The translations under genes and the position numbers were made by a program. The notes beneath the pieces were generated by a model, which did not search any database, had not been told where the DNA came from, and saw nothing but the letters and a program-made list of their open reading frames with translations. Source: the human T2T-CHM13v2.0 reference genome, Homo sapiens. From it: a stretch of DNA of 64,000 nt. Positions 44,098 to 55,812 of this stretch are shown piece by piece; positions within the stretch are counted from its first letter, which is position 1; every line of letters starts with the position of its first letter. The stretch is from the NCBI RefSeq assembly GCF_009914755.1, contig NC_060928.1, one strand, 5' to 3'.

Positions 44098-44910
44098 GAA
44101 ACCATTTGCAATGGCAGCAAAGGGTATGAGCTACCTAGAAATAAACCTGAAAAAACTTCGATTTGTACACGTAGATATTTACTATTAATAAAAGACGGAA
44201 ACATCTATATAAATTATACCATATTCTGGCAAATGACAAATCACTAGCCAGGGTAAAATGTAGATATTCTGTGAAAAGCATGACTGAAAGTTTGTTCACA
44301 AAATGAACTCCATTTCTAATATTACAAAAGAATGTAAAACTTAGAAAAAAAGAAAGTGAAACCATATAGAAAGAGTGAGATATAAGAATAAATGAATGAG
44401 GAAAATTATAAAAATAGGATATGCCTATAAAATCGACATTACAATTTTAAGAATAATCCTTATTAGAAGCAGAAGTGCCACGTATTAATTATGGAAGTCA
44501 AGGGAAAAATATTGAGAGAAAATTATAAATCCAATAGAATACAGGAAGGGAGAATAAAAGGAAGATAAAAGTGGAACAAATAAAACAACGAATTATAATA
44601 GTAAAATCCAAATATATTATAATAAATATCAGTTGTTTAAAAATTGGTGATTATCATATTATAATAAAAAGGTAGAGTTATCTTTTGCTGCATAACAAAT
44701 TAACATCATTTTAGCAAATTAACATAGAAGAAAATGTGGCCTTTGATTAAAGGGTTAAAAGACAAAAATTAGTGAAGTACAAAAAAAGTGTTAGAAGGTT
44801 TCAAACATCTAAATGCTGATAGTATGAAATGATAGAATAAATTTTATGGGTGTACAATTTATGGATAACTAAATACCAGCTAACATAACATTAAAAAGGG
44901 AGGATGGATA

Positions 44911-44915
<5 letters not shown>

Positions 44916-44963
<48 letters not shown>
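44916..44963. repeat. (TA)n microsatellite
   Basis: Pure AT run of about 24 units. Confidence 0.97.
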
Positions 44964-44965
<2 letters not shown>

Positions 44966-45289
44966 TTACTCTTTTGTGAGAGCAATTAGATATGGAGTCA
45001 CATTAAACATTGAAAAGCTAATATTGACATTAACATTTTAGAGTGGCCACCAAAAATTAGAAAATGTATATAATTTTCAAATATCAGAAACAAAAAAAAT
45101 TAGAAAAATAAACAATCTAAAAGAAGGAACGAGCAAAGAGAAGTATAAAACAGGCATGCCAAGTATAAGAATATACAGGTAAAAATAGATGGTATAAGTA
45201 TTTCCAGATGTATCAATAATTTTAATAAATAAAACACCCTTTAAAGGAAGATCGCTGGTTACAGATGCCCTATAATATTTTATATACAA

Positions 45290-46030
45290 TCCTGAATATA
45301 AATAAAAGTATTAGATACAAATAAGCAGAAAAATGTAATACATATTCAAGAGAAAAAATAGTGAGTAGAAACCAAATTTGATGCCGGAATTAGTGGACAA
45401 AAATTTTGATTATATTCAAGTACTTGAAGAAAATATGATCATAACAAATGAACAGATGGGGAATACCAAGAGATTAATAGAAAAATTTCAAAAACTAAAT
45501 GGAAGTTAGAGTTACAGAAAAGTAAAATATTTTAAGAGAAAAATTTACTGGGTAAGATTTATAGCAGATTAGATGAATCTAAAATAGTCAGTGAACTTGA
45601 TGATAAAACAATAGAAATTGTCTTTTATAAAGAACAGGCAGAAATACATACTTTCTAATGAACAGAATTTTAGTTACTTTTATGACAATGCCAAGAAGCT
45701 CAACCTCTGTGCATTTAGAGTCTCATATGGATAGGAGAGATAGAATACAGCAGAAAAAAAATTGAAAACACAATGTCATAACATTTTGCAAATTTAATGA
45801 AGAAGATTCAATAAGCCCACTGAATTCCAAGTAGGAAAAACAAGTAAAACCACACCTAAATATCTATACATAATTCAACCACCTAAATTCAATTTCTGAA
45901 AAGCAAAGGTAAAGAAAGAATCTTTAAAGTAAAACAAAATGAAAAAAATTTTGTACAGGGAAATACCAAAAATATAATCAGAAATGGAAAAATAAAGACA
46001 TTTTTAGGTACACAAAGACTTTAAGGATGT
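45290..46030 (+). mobile_element. Ancient L1 ORF1-region remnant
   Basis: aacaaatgaacagatggggaat, tcagtgaacttgatgataaaacaatagaaatt, gtaaagaaagaatctttaaag. Confidence 0.6.
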
Positions 46031-46034
46031 GTTA

Positions 46035-47303
46035 CCACAAAGGACACAATAAAAAAAAGAAAACTACAGGCCAATATCCCTGATGAACACAAATGCAGAA
46101 ATTTTCAACAAACTACTAAGCAAATCAAATTCAACAACATATAAAAAGATCATTCACCATAATCAGAGATGGAAGGATGTTTTAACATATGCAAATTAAT
46201 GAACTGAACATGCTAAATCACATTAAAATAATATATTCCACATAATAGATATTATTCCAATATTCCACATAATGGATTACTATTCAGCCATAAAACAAAA
46301 TGATAATTTCAATAGGTACCATAAACGCACTGAATAAAATTCAATGTGATGTTGAATGAGTTTTCTTCATGATAAAAACTCACAACAAATTGAGTATAGA
46401 AGAAAACATACCTCACCACAATGAAGGCCACATATGACAAACCCACAGCTAAGTATACTGAACAGAAAAAAAAATGCAAAGTGTTTACAATCTGGAATTA
46501 GACAAGGATGCACACTTTCACTAGTTTTATTCAACATAGTATTGGAAGTTCTAGAGCAATTAGGCAAGAGAAAGAAGAAAATTGCATCCAAATTGAGAAG
46601 TCAAATTGTCTGTTTGCAGACAGTGTGATCATATACGTAGAAAACCCTAAAGGCTCCACCAAAATACTGTTAGAACTAATAAATGAATTTAGTAAAGTTT
46701 CAGGATACAAAATCAACATTACAAACCAGTAGCATTTTTATATGCCAATAGCAAACTGTCTGAAAAACAAACCAAGAAAGCAATTCCATTTACAACAGCT
46801 ACAAAAAAATAGAATATCTAGAAATAAACCTAACCAATGAGTGAGAGATTTCGATAATAAAAACTATAAAACGCTGATGAAAGAAATGGAGAAGGCAAAA
46901 AAAAAATGTGAGGATAGCACATCTTCATGGATGGAAAATTTGATGTTGTTAAAATGTCCATATTACCCTAAGCAACCTATAGATTCAATGCAACTTTTAT
47001 GAAAATACCAATGACATTCTTCACAGAAATAAAAAGAAATCTTAAAATTCATATGGAAATACAAAAATACCTAGATAGTCAAAGCAATTATGAGAAAAAA
47101 AAACATAGCTGGACACACCACATTACCTAACTTCAAAATATACTACAAACTATAGTAATCAAAACAGCACAGTGCTAGCATAAACGCAGACACATAGATC
47201 AATGGAACACAGAATAGAAAACCCAGAAATAAATCTGTGCATTACAACCAACTAATTTTTGACAAAGGCTCCAAAAACACACACTGGGTAATAGTCAACA
47301 AAA

Positions 47304-47344
<41 letters not shown>

Positions 47345-47842
47345 TAGAATCCTACTCAGCCATAAAACAGAACAAAATCCTGTCATTTGTGGCAACATGG
47401 ATGAACTGGTAGGACACTATGTTACATGAAATAAGCCAGGCACAGAAATACAAATATTGCATTATCTCACTCATGTGAAATCTTAAAAAAGTTGATTTTA
47501 TAGAAATAGAGAGTAGAATAATGGTCCTCCCCAGAGGCTACAGAGAACAGGGAAGGGAGGACAAGGACAGGCTGGTAAAGAGGTACAGGGTTACAATGAG
47601 AGAAGAAGAATAACTTCCAATGTTCTATTCCACAGTAGAATGACTACGGCAAATAAAAATGTACTGTATATTTCAAGACAGCTAGAAGAGATTTTGAATG
47701 TTATCACCACAAAGAAATGCTAAACATTTAAAGTGATGAATATGGTAATTATCCTGATTTGATCATTATACAATGTATACATTCATGGAAACATCACATT
47801 GTACTCTATAAATATGCATAATTATTATGTGTCCATCATAAA
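46035..47842 (+). mobile_element. L1MA4-like LINE-1, ORF2 part and 3'UTR, internally deleted
   Basis: gaaaactacaggccaatatccctgatgaac, [28 protein letters not shown]; 3' end tttcaagacagctagaagagattttgaatg...aacatcacattgtactctataaatatg. Confidence 0.85.
47310..47342. repeat. (CA)n microsatellite
   Basis: About 16 CA units at an internal L1 deletion junction. Confidence 0.95.
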
Positions 47843-48496
47843 TTTTAAAATTAATAAGAAAAAGTGCATCATCAGCAAACATGCACTGTAAGATATGTTG
47901 AATATTCATTAGGCTGATGGTATATCAGATGGAAACTTGAATTTACAGGAAGGAATAAATCAAGAAAAATGACAAATATATGGATGAATATAGATATATC
48001 GTTTTTCATTTACTTAATATTTTGCAAATACAAATAACTGTGTAAAGCAAAATCATAACACTGGAATTTATTACAGATATAGATCTAATATATATGGATG
48101 GCGACAAAGGTTGGGAAGGGATGTTAGATGCAATAATACTGTTACAGTCTGCTCACACTATACATAAAATAACACTAATTGGACTATGATAACTTAGATG
48201 TATTTTATAATGTCTAGATTAAAATAATGTAGTTATAGCTAAAATATACAATATGAAGTGGACTATTAAAAATATTTAATTAACTTAAATCAAGATAGGA
48301 AAGGAGAAACATACACTTAAAGAGGACAAACAAAAATATTGTAAAATGATAAACAGTTTACATTAAATATAAATGTACTAAATACATTTTTAAAAAGGCA
48401 GATTATCAGACTGAATTTAAAAAGCAATACCTAACCAAAACTGAAGTTCTGTTTTTTATTTTTATTTTTATTTTTTATTTGTGTGTGTGTGTAAAC

Positions 48497-48765
48497 TTTT
48501 TTTTATTATTATACTTTAAGTTTTAGGGTACATGTGCACAACGTGCAGGTTTGTTACATATGTATACATGTGCCATGTTGGTGTGCTGCACCAATTAACT
48601 CGTCATTTACATTAGGTATATCTCCTAACGCTATCCCTCCCCCCTCCCCCCTCCCCCCACCCCACAACAGGCCCCAGTGTGTGATGTTCCCCTTCCTGTG
48701 TCCATGTGTTTTCATTGTTCAATTCCCACCTATGAGTGAGAACATGTGGTGTTTGGTTTTTTGTC
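48497..48765 (-). mobile_element. Young L1PA (L1PA3/4-like) 3' end
   Basis: ttattatactttaagttttagggtacatgtgcacaacgtgcagg...aactcgtcatttacattaggtatatctcctaa; CpGs retained. Confidence 0.92.
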
Positions 48766-49027
48766 TTTTCTTAAAACTTTCTTATGGATACAAAGTATAG
48801 AAAGGTTTTAATTCTTCTATGACAAAACTATTTCTATACATATTTAATTTTAAACACTCTATTTGTCAAATCTGTATGTGACTATATAAATAAATGCATA
48901 TATATGTCAAATATTTAAAAATAAAAATAAATTAAAAAGCACAACAGCAAGCCTTTCAATATAAAGGCACAGATATGTTGAAAGCAAAACGATGGGAAAC
49001 ATATAAGCAGTAAAACTAAGACAGGAG

Positions 49028-50182
49028 AGGCTGAATAAACTCGGAAAAACAAGACAAAAAAATATTACCAGAGATAAAAGGTATATTTCATAATGACAAA
49101 AAGGCAAAATTCACATAAAATATGCAAACACAAATAAACAACGTACTATTCATAGGTACACATATAAAGGTACAAAATGACTTGAAACCACATTTATGAT
49201 AATGTTTGTCTTCACAATGAACACCAAGGGATGGCACTTGGAGGGTAGGAAGATAAAAGGTTTCTACTTTATTTGTAATAGTTAATTTATGGATCAAAAA
49301 AGATTTTATTTAGGCTAATACAACTTCTTTTTCAACTTGGCTAAATCTCAAAGCAATACTGGGTCAAAATTAAACAGCAAGTTTTAAAAGTACACATAAA
49401 GTATGATATTATTAACGTGGAGTTATAAAATTTAGAAAATAATATGTATCTAATCTTAATGAAATTCACATATGTACTGCAATTATGAAATATATCTAGG
49501 AAGATAAATTCCAAATTAAAGATAGTGTTTCCCTCTGAATAGGATAAATTTTCAATAAGAAACTGCACAAAAGTGATTTCAACCAATAATACAATAGTTT
49601 ATTCTTTAACAATTTTTTTAAAAAAGCAAACAGTGCCAACTATACAGATGTCACAGACTTAGATAAAGATGCATGGTTATTCACTATATTATCCTGTATA
49701 CTTTTCCATTTGCTTGAAGTGTGCATGTGTGTTTATACATGTATCAGAAAGAAGAGCAAAAACTGAGTTTCACATTTTGGCTGTCAGGTCTTCATAGGAA
49801 TAGTAAACGCTAAATGAGCCATTATTTTCTAGTTTCTGAGGGACTCTGCATTTATCTTTGACTAGCCTCATGAACAAAACATCATTAAAATTAAGAATAA
49901 AATATAAAAATTACTCTCTCAAAATCCATTGTTTGTCTAGATGAAAACTTTGATCATCAAACAACACAAGACATCAGGCTGAATATACTCAGAAAAACAA
50001 AGACAAAAAAATAAAACCAGGGATAAAAGGTTTATTTCATAGTGACAGAAAGGCAAAATTCACATAAAATATGCAAACACAAATAAACAATGTATTATTC
50101 ATAGGTACACATATAAAGGTACAAAATGACTTAAAACCACATTTATGATAATGTTTATCTTCACAGGGAACACCAAGGGATG
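49028..50182 (+). repeat. ~206-bp direct duplication (49028-49233 and 49976-50182)
   Basis: Manual alignment gives about 14 substitutions and 1 indel (~93% identity). Confidence 0.95.
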
Positions 50183-50824
50183 TTCCAAGTCATCTGGTAT
50201 CACTATTATATCTAATACAGTTATTATTAACTTTGAAGTAATTTCACCTAGAGGAAAGTACAAGCATGACTTACTCAGAAAATAAATTAAACAATGCCAT
50301 CCTTGTTTTAAAGCAAAAATAGTTTGTTGATCAGTTCATGCTACTAATTGTTATCCTCATGGGGATGAAATAATTCCATTGGGAGAAAGGAAATTCTAGA
50401 ACTACCGTCATCAAATGTGCTGGCAAATCAAGAAAAACTTTGACCAAAATATTATTAAATGACTCAAATTTTTTAACACGACATAAATTTTATTCTTATT
50501 TTCCTATTTCATCATCTAGAGGTAAATGCAAATGTTCCAATCTGTGAGCAATCACTGACAGGAGTGGTACTTATGCCTTTGCTCAACTCCACCATCATTC
50601 TCACTACATTTTTTAATTAAACAAAGAGAGTGTAGGATCACATACGCCTATATGATAAACTAGCTATTTAAAGTTCTGTATCTTGAAGTGGGTGGTGGTT
50701 TTATGGGTGAATACATAGGTTAAAAAAAAATCACTGAGCAGGGTGCTAAAATTTCATATACTTCACTGTATAGGTGTTGTACCTCAGAGCATTTTTAAAT
50801 TACTGTGTCATTTGGAGAAAAGTA

Positions 50825-51030
50825 ATTCACTTACTCATTTTTTCATTAATAAATAATCTTTTACTGTTTTCTATAGGCCAAATACTGTAGTTTTCATTGG
50901 CGATACATAGGGGAAAAAAGACATTTCTTTTCCTCAAAAAGCTCATGGTCAAGTGGGGAAGAAAAAGATGAAAATAATAAATTATGAAAAGTGTGATAAA
51001 TTCTGTAAGAAACAAACTATATGCCCTAAG
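50825..51030 (-). mobile_element. L2 3' end
   Basis: attcacttactcatt..aataaataatctttt..ggcgatacatagggg..agacat..tcctcaaaaagctcatggtc. Confidence 0.6.
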
Positions 51031-51882
51031 AGAGGAAAAAGGATTCTTAAAAAAAAAAAAAAAAAAGAGGTGTTTAAGCACCTGAACTACATAATGGTCA
51101 AATTAAAATGTGAAATCATGAAAGAAAACATGTGAAAATATGCTCCTCATTTTATCTCCTTATAAAAAAATTATATTTTCAGAAAGTGTTTTTCATTTAA
51201 ATATTTTACTAATATTCACTACTCAAGTGATGCATGAAAATACAAAAGAAATAAGAAACTAGATAACACAAGTAAAGAAAAAGTCATTCCCATCAACTGC
51301 CAACCCAAATTTGTCTCTCAGAGGTAACCAGTGGTTACCAATTTATCACGTGTACTTCGAGATCATTTTGTACATACCTATGTCTCTCTCTCTCTCTGTC
51401 TCTCTCTCTCTCTCATTAAATAAGTATCATGCTGTGGATACCAGCCTGAATCACATTTCAAGTTTTATTTAATAGCCACTCCTGTCTGACTATCTTGGTT
51501 ATATGATGTTACATAACAAGTAACATTTTAATAAATGTTGTAGTACATGGCTTCTTGGTAAAATAGGAAGTATTTCTCTAGAGTAAACATGAAGAACATT
51601 ACTGGATCTTTAACTACATAAATAGTAAATTTTAATAGATGCTGACAAATTGCCCTCGCAAGTGGCTATATCAAATTACACCCTCCGAAGAGTATGTGTA
51701 TGGAATTGCCTGCTTCCCTATGCTATCAGACACTCAATATTTATTTATTTATTATAAATTTATTTATTTACTGCACTTTAGGAAGTTATTTCTAGTGAGA
51801 TTGAGTATGACTTTGTTATTTGTGTTTTGTATTTCTTATGTAAGTTACTTGTTCATATATTTTATTCATATTAGCTTGGTTC

Positions 51883-51883
<1 letters not shown>

Positions 51884-51916
<33 letters not shown>

Positions 51917-51917
51917 G
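51884..51917. repeat. (TTG)n microsatellite
   Basis: About 11 units; gives poly-Leu in a spurious ORF. Confidence 0.95.
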
Positions 51918-52068
51918 GTTGGGAGTCAATTTTTTATTCTTAACAGTAGTCTTTGCCAGTTATTAAAGATGTATGTAATTTATCCATATCTGTCATTTTG
52001 TTGATATTCTGCTCTATAATTCTAAAATGGCTGTGTACTTATATTTATCAATATTTTCTTTCTTTTCA

Positions 52069-52708
52069 TTGTTGGTGGCAGTATAAATTAATTCATCCAT
52101 TGTGGAAGATTCCTTAAAAACTTAGAGGCAGAAATACAATTCAACCCACCAATCCCATTACTGGGTATATGAGCAAAGGAATATAAAGTGTTTTTTAATA
52201 AAGAAACATGCGCACATATGTTCATTGCAGCACTATTCATAATAGCAAATACTTGGAATCAACCTAAATGCCCATCAGTGATAAACTGGATAAAGAAATT
52301 GTGGTACATATACACCATGGAATACTATGCAGCCATAAAAAAGAATGAAATCATGTCCTTTGCAGGGACATGGATGGATCTGGAGGTCATTATGCTCATA
52401 AACTAAGGCAGGAACAGAAAACCAAATGCTGCATATTCTCACTTACAAGCGGAAGCTAAATTATGAGAACACATGGACACCTGGTAGGGGAACAACACAT
52501 ACCCGGTCCTGTCAGAGGGTGGAGGGTGGGAAGAGGGAGAGGATCAGGAAGAATAGCTAATGGATGCTGGGCTTAATGCCTGGGTGATGGGATGATATGT
52601 GCAGCAAACCACCATGACACATGTTTACCTATGTAACAAACCTGCACATCCTGCACGCATACCCCTGATCTTAAATTAAAAGTTGGAAATTAAAAAAATA
52701 AAATAAAA
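52069..52708 (+). mobile_element. L1PA (L1PA11-13-like) 3' end
   Basis: TCAHMFIAALFIIANTWNQPKCPS..KKLWYIYTMEYYAAIKK; 3'UTR aggatcaggaagaatagctaatggatgctgggcttaat. Confidence 0.92.
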
Positions 52709-52881
52709 CTTGTCACTTGGTTAAGACTGTCCTTACCATAGGTCAAAAATAATTTTGCTTTATTTTCTTCCAAACATTTACAATATTGCTTACTCATTAC
52801 CTTATTTATTTATTTTCACATTTTGATATTTAATTCATCTAGAGTTTATTTTGTGTTATGTGTGAATGGCTTGGTGGGGGG

Positions 52882-53162
52882 TTGTTAGGACACCATTCTT
52901 CACAGGTCTTTCTTATCTGCATCTCTTACAGGAAAGGAAAAACTTGTTTTTGTTTCAGAGTATTTTCAAAATAGTAATATACTAAACAGTATAGGAATAT
53001 GAAGATAATATTTTCCTCTATAGCAAAGGACAAGCATGCTTACTGCCCATTATATAAGAATTGAATCCCATAAGAAAAAGCTGCCTCTCTGTAATGCAAC
53101 CACTTTACAGCAAGAGGCCTCTGGACCTCAAAACCTGTGGGAATTGAGCAATGGGGAACTGA
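52882..53162 (+). mobile_element. Old ERVL-class LTR fragment (subfamily uncertain)
   Basis: tgttagga start, agcaaaggacaagcatgcttactgcccattat..tgtaatgcaaccact..cctgtgggaattg. Confidence 0.45.
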
Positions 53163-53180
53163 TTCATTGATTATACAAAT

Positions 53181-53632
53181 TGTGATTGTTAATACTCAGT
53201 GTCAACTTGATTGGATTGAAGGATGCAAAGTACTGATCCTGAGTGTGTCTGTGAGGATATTGCCAAAGGAGATTAATATTTGAGTCAGTGGGCTGGGAAA
53301 GGCAGACCTACCCTTAATCTGGGTGGACACCATCTAACTAGCTGCCAACACGGCTAGAATATAAAACAGGCAGAAAAACATGAAAAGACTAGACTGGCCT
53401 AGCCTCCAAGCCTACATCTTTCTCCAATGCTGGACCCTTCCTGCCCTTGAACACTGGCTCCAAGTTCTCCAGTTTGGGGACTCAGACTGGCTTTCCTTGC
53501 TCTTCAGCTTGCAGATGGCCTATTGTGGGACCTTGTGATCATGAGAGTTAATATTTAATAAACTTCTCTTTATATATATGTGTATATATATATATCTATG
53601 TGTATGTATATATATATATATATATATATATC

Positions 53633-53670
<38 letters not shown>

Positions 53671-53705
53671 CTATTAGTTCTGTCCCTCTAGAGAACCCGA
53701 ATACA
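53181..53705 (+). mobile_element. MLT2A1 (HERV-L) solo LTR with internal (TA)n
   Basis: tgtgattgttaatactcagtgtcaacttgattggattgaaggatgcaaagta...cctattagttctgtccctctagagaacc..aataca; TSD caaat/caaag. Confidence 0.9.
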
Positions 53706-55674
53706 CAAAGGTTGACTAATTTATTTTTATTTAAAGGAGATTAGCTTTCTTGTTTCTACCATGTTCCAATATTTGTTTTGATTCTGTCTTTGAAATTTGA
53801 AAATGCTCAGAAGAACAGAAATTGGACATCATCTGAGACCAAACATTCAAATCTCCAACCCAATAAGACAGATCTTGAGAAAGTTCTGAGTAAAGACAGC
53901 ATATAGTAATGGGAAAAAAAAGAGCAATAACATTAATTCTAGTGTGTGCTACCACAAATGCAAGAGTTTGTAAAACACACATAACTAATCTTGTTTTTTA
54001 AAAGAGAGAGCCAAAAGACCATTTTAAGTCATCAAATATTGGTGGCCATGAACTATGAAGCCAAGCAGAAAACATGGCAAAAACTGACCTAATTTTCTTC
54101 AAAGAAGAAATGAGATTCCTAGAGGTTTCTTTTTAATCCTTTAATAACTGACTTCCTGCACATCCCACTTCATGGGAGTTGAGGAAGTTGAAACTTATTT
54201 TAACTGGGCGATGGAGTCAGGAGGGAAATTTTATAGAAAGCTAATTAAAATTATAAACTTACAGGAGAGAGCTGGGTATGGCCAATTTTATACATCATAG
54301 CCAAACACAACAAGGAAAGCTAAAGAATTTTTTTTTTTAATTTAGGAGAGGGGAATGAAGAAAGTTGAGACAAAGAAACCTCATGGAGGCAAAAACAAGC
54401 ATATGGAAAAAGTTACTTAAAACATAATGCTAAACTATACCAGAATGTTTGACAAGCAACTTACTTTTGCAGACAAAGGCATGAGAAATAGGAATGTAAA
54501 GGAAGCAAAAAATGAAAATGAGAAAAACAAAATCAATTCAAATATGCTTTTTGGATGCTTGTCTAAGTTCTACATTTACGTTTTAAAAAAGAATTTATTT
54601 TCCTTAATTAAAATAAAAGAAATTATATTTTCAATGATTTAAAAGTGTCTTCACCATCATGGAATCCAGTACACTGACATCGTTTGAAGTGTGGTTGCAA
54701 ATATAGTCTTAAAGATTTGCATGGCTTACCAGATGAATTAAAAATAAACACAGCTTTGATCCCTAAATCTTCTTAAGAGTTCGTAAAGTATTTTAGAAAC
54801 CAAATGCTATTTAGAGCATTTAAAGTCAGCTATCCTCTTGATGAAAACATTCTACTGCAAACACCTAGGTATAAAGCATTTTTTTAAAAAGGATTCATAT
54901 AATGCACACTAAAAGCTTTCATTGTGACCTGAGTACAATGTAGTAGTACTTTTCACATAGATTGCTCATGGTTTTCATGAATAGACTATAATCCTCTTTT
55001 TGCCAATAAATACTATGCCGTGTCTGGCATTTTATCTTCCTTGACAGAAGGTACAGCAAATATAAAGGCTAAAATAGAAACTGGATAAAATGAATCAATA
55101 AGTATAATTAAATCATCAAAATGTAGGAACCTAGAGAAATCACTTAGTTTATTCTCCTCTAAACAATGAAAATATTGAGTTAGTCAACAACTTTTGGAAG
55201 CTTCTTCTAAACATAAAATATAATACTAGAATTGACGTGCCTTCAGATTTTGACACAAGTAATTGCATTCTCATCAAGAATAACATCAGGTATTTAAATA
55301 ATGATTATTTCTTCTTTTGCTGAAGAATATTAATATAAAAGTAATTACCCCCTCACACATTAAAAACAACTTTATGTATTAAATCCAGTAAACCCAAAGC
55401 AATAAATTTTAATTAGTTTTTCTCCTTTGAATGCATCATTCATTGAATATTATGTTTTACTAATATTCAGCGAGGACATTTTTATTTCTTCTTGCTTCTT
55501 TCATACCCAACGCCATAAAATTCATCTGCTTCATTAAAAAAAAAAACTGGTCCTTTCTCTGTATTATATTATTCCACTCTTCACGAGTACATTATAGAGA
55601 TCATTTTTCTTCAGTGATACAGAAGGCATAAACAGTGCATTTCAGTTTGGGTTATCCCCACATCTTGGGTGATT

Positions 55675-55812
55675 TTTGACATTTACACCAGTAAAATGCA
55701 CACATTTTGGTATATAGTTCTACAGCCTTCAGCAAATGCATAGAGTTGGGTATCCACCACCACAGTGATGATACGGAACATTTCCATTATTCCAAAATTC
55801 CTTCATGCCACA
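55675..55812 (-). mobile_element. Old L1 3' terminus fragment
   Basis: gtaaaatgcacacatttt..tatatagttct..caaatgcatag..gaacatttccatta. Confidence 0.6.

Noticed and set aside
48635-48665. C-rich tract (G-quadruplex on the minus strand)
   Set aside because: Standard feature of the L1PA 3'UTR, only slightly expanded
51639-52004. 121-aa hydrophobic ORF with poly-Leu
   Set aside because: Antisense old L1 plus (TTG)n microsatellite; T-rich composition mimics membrane segments
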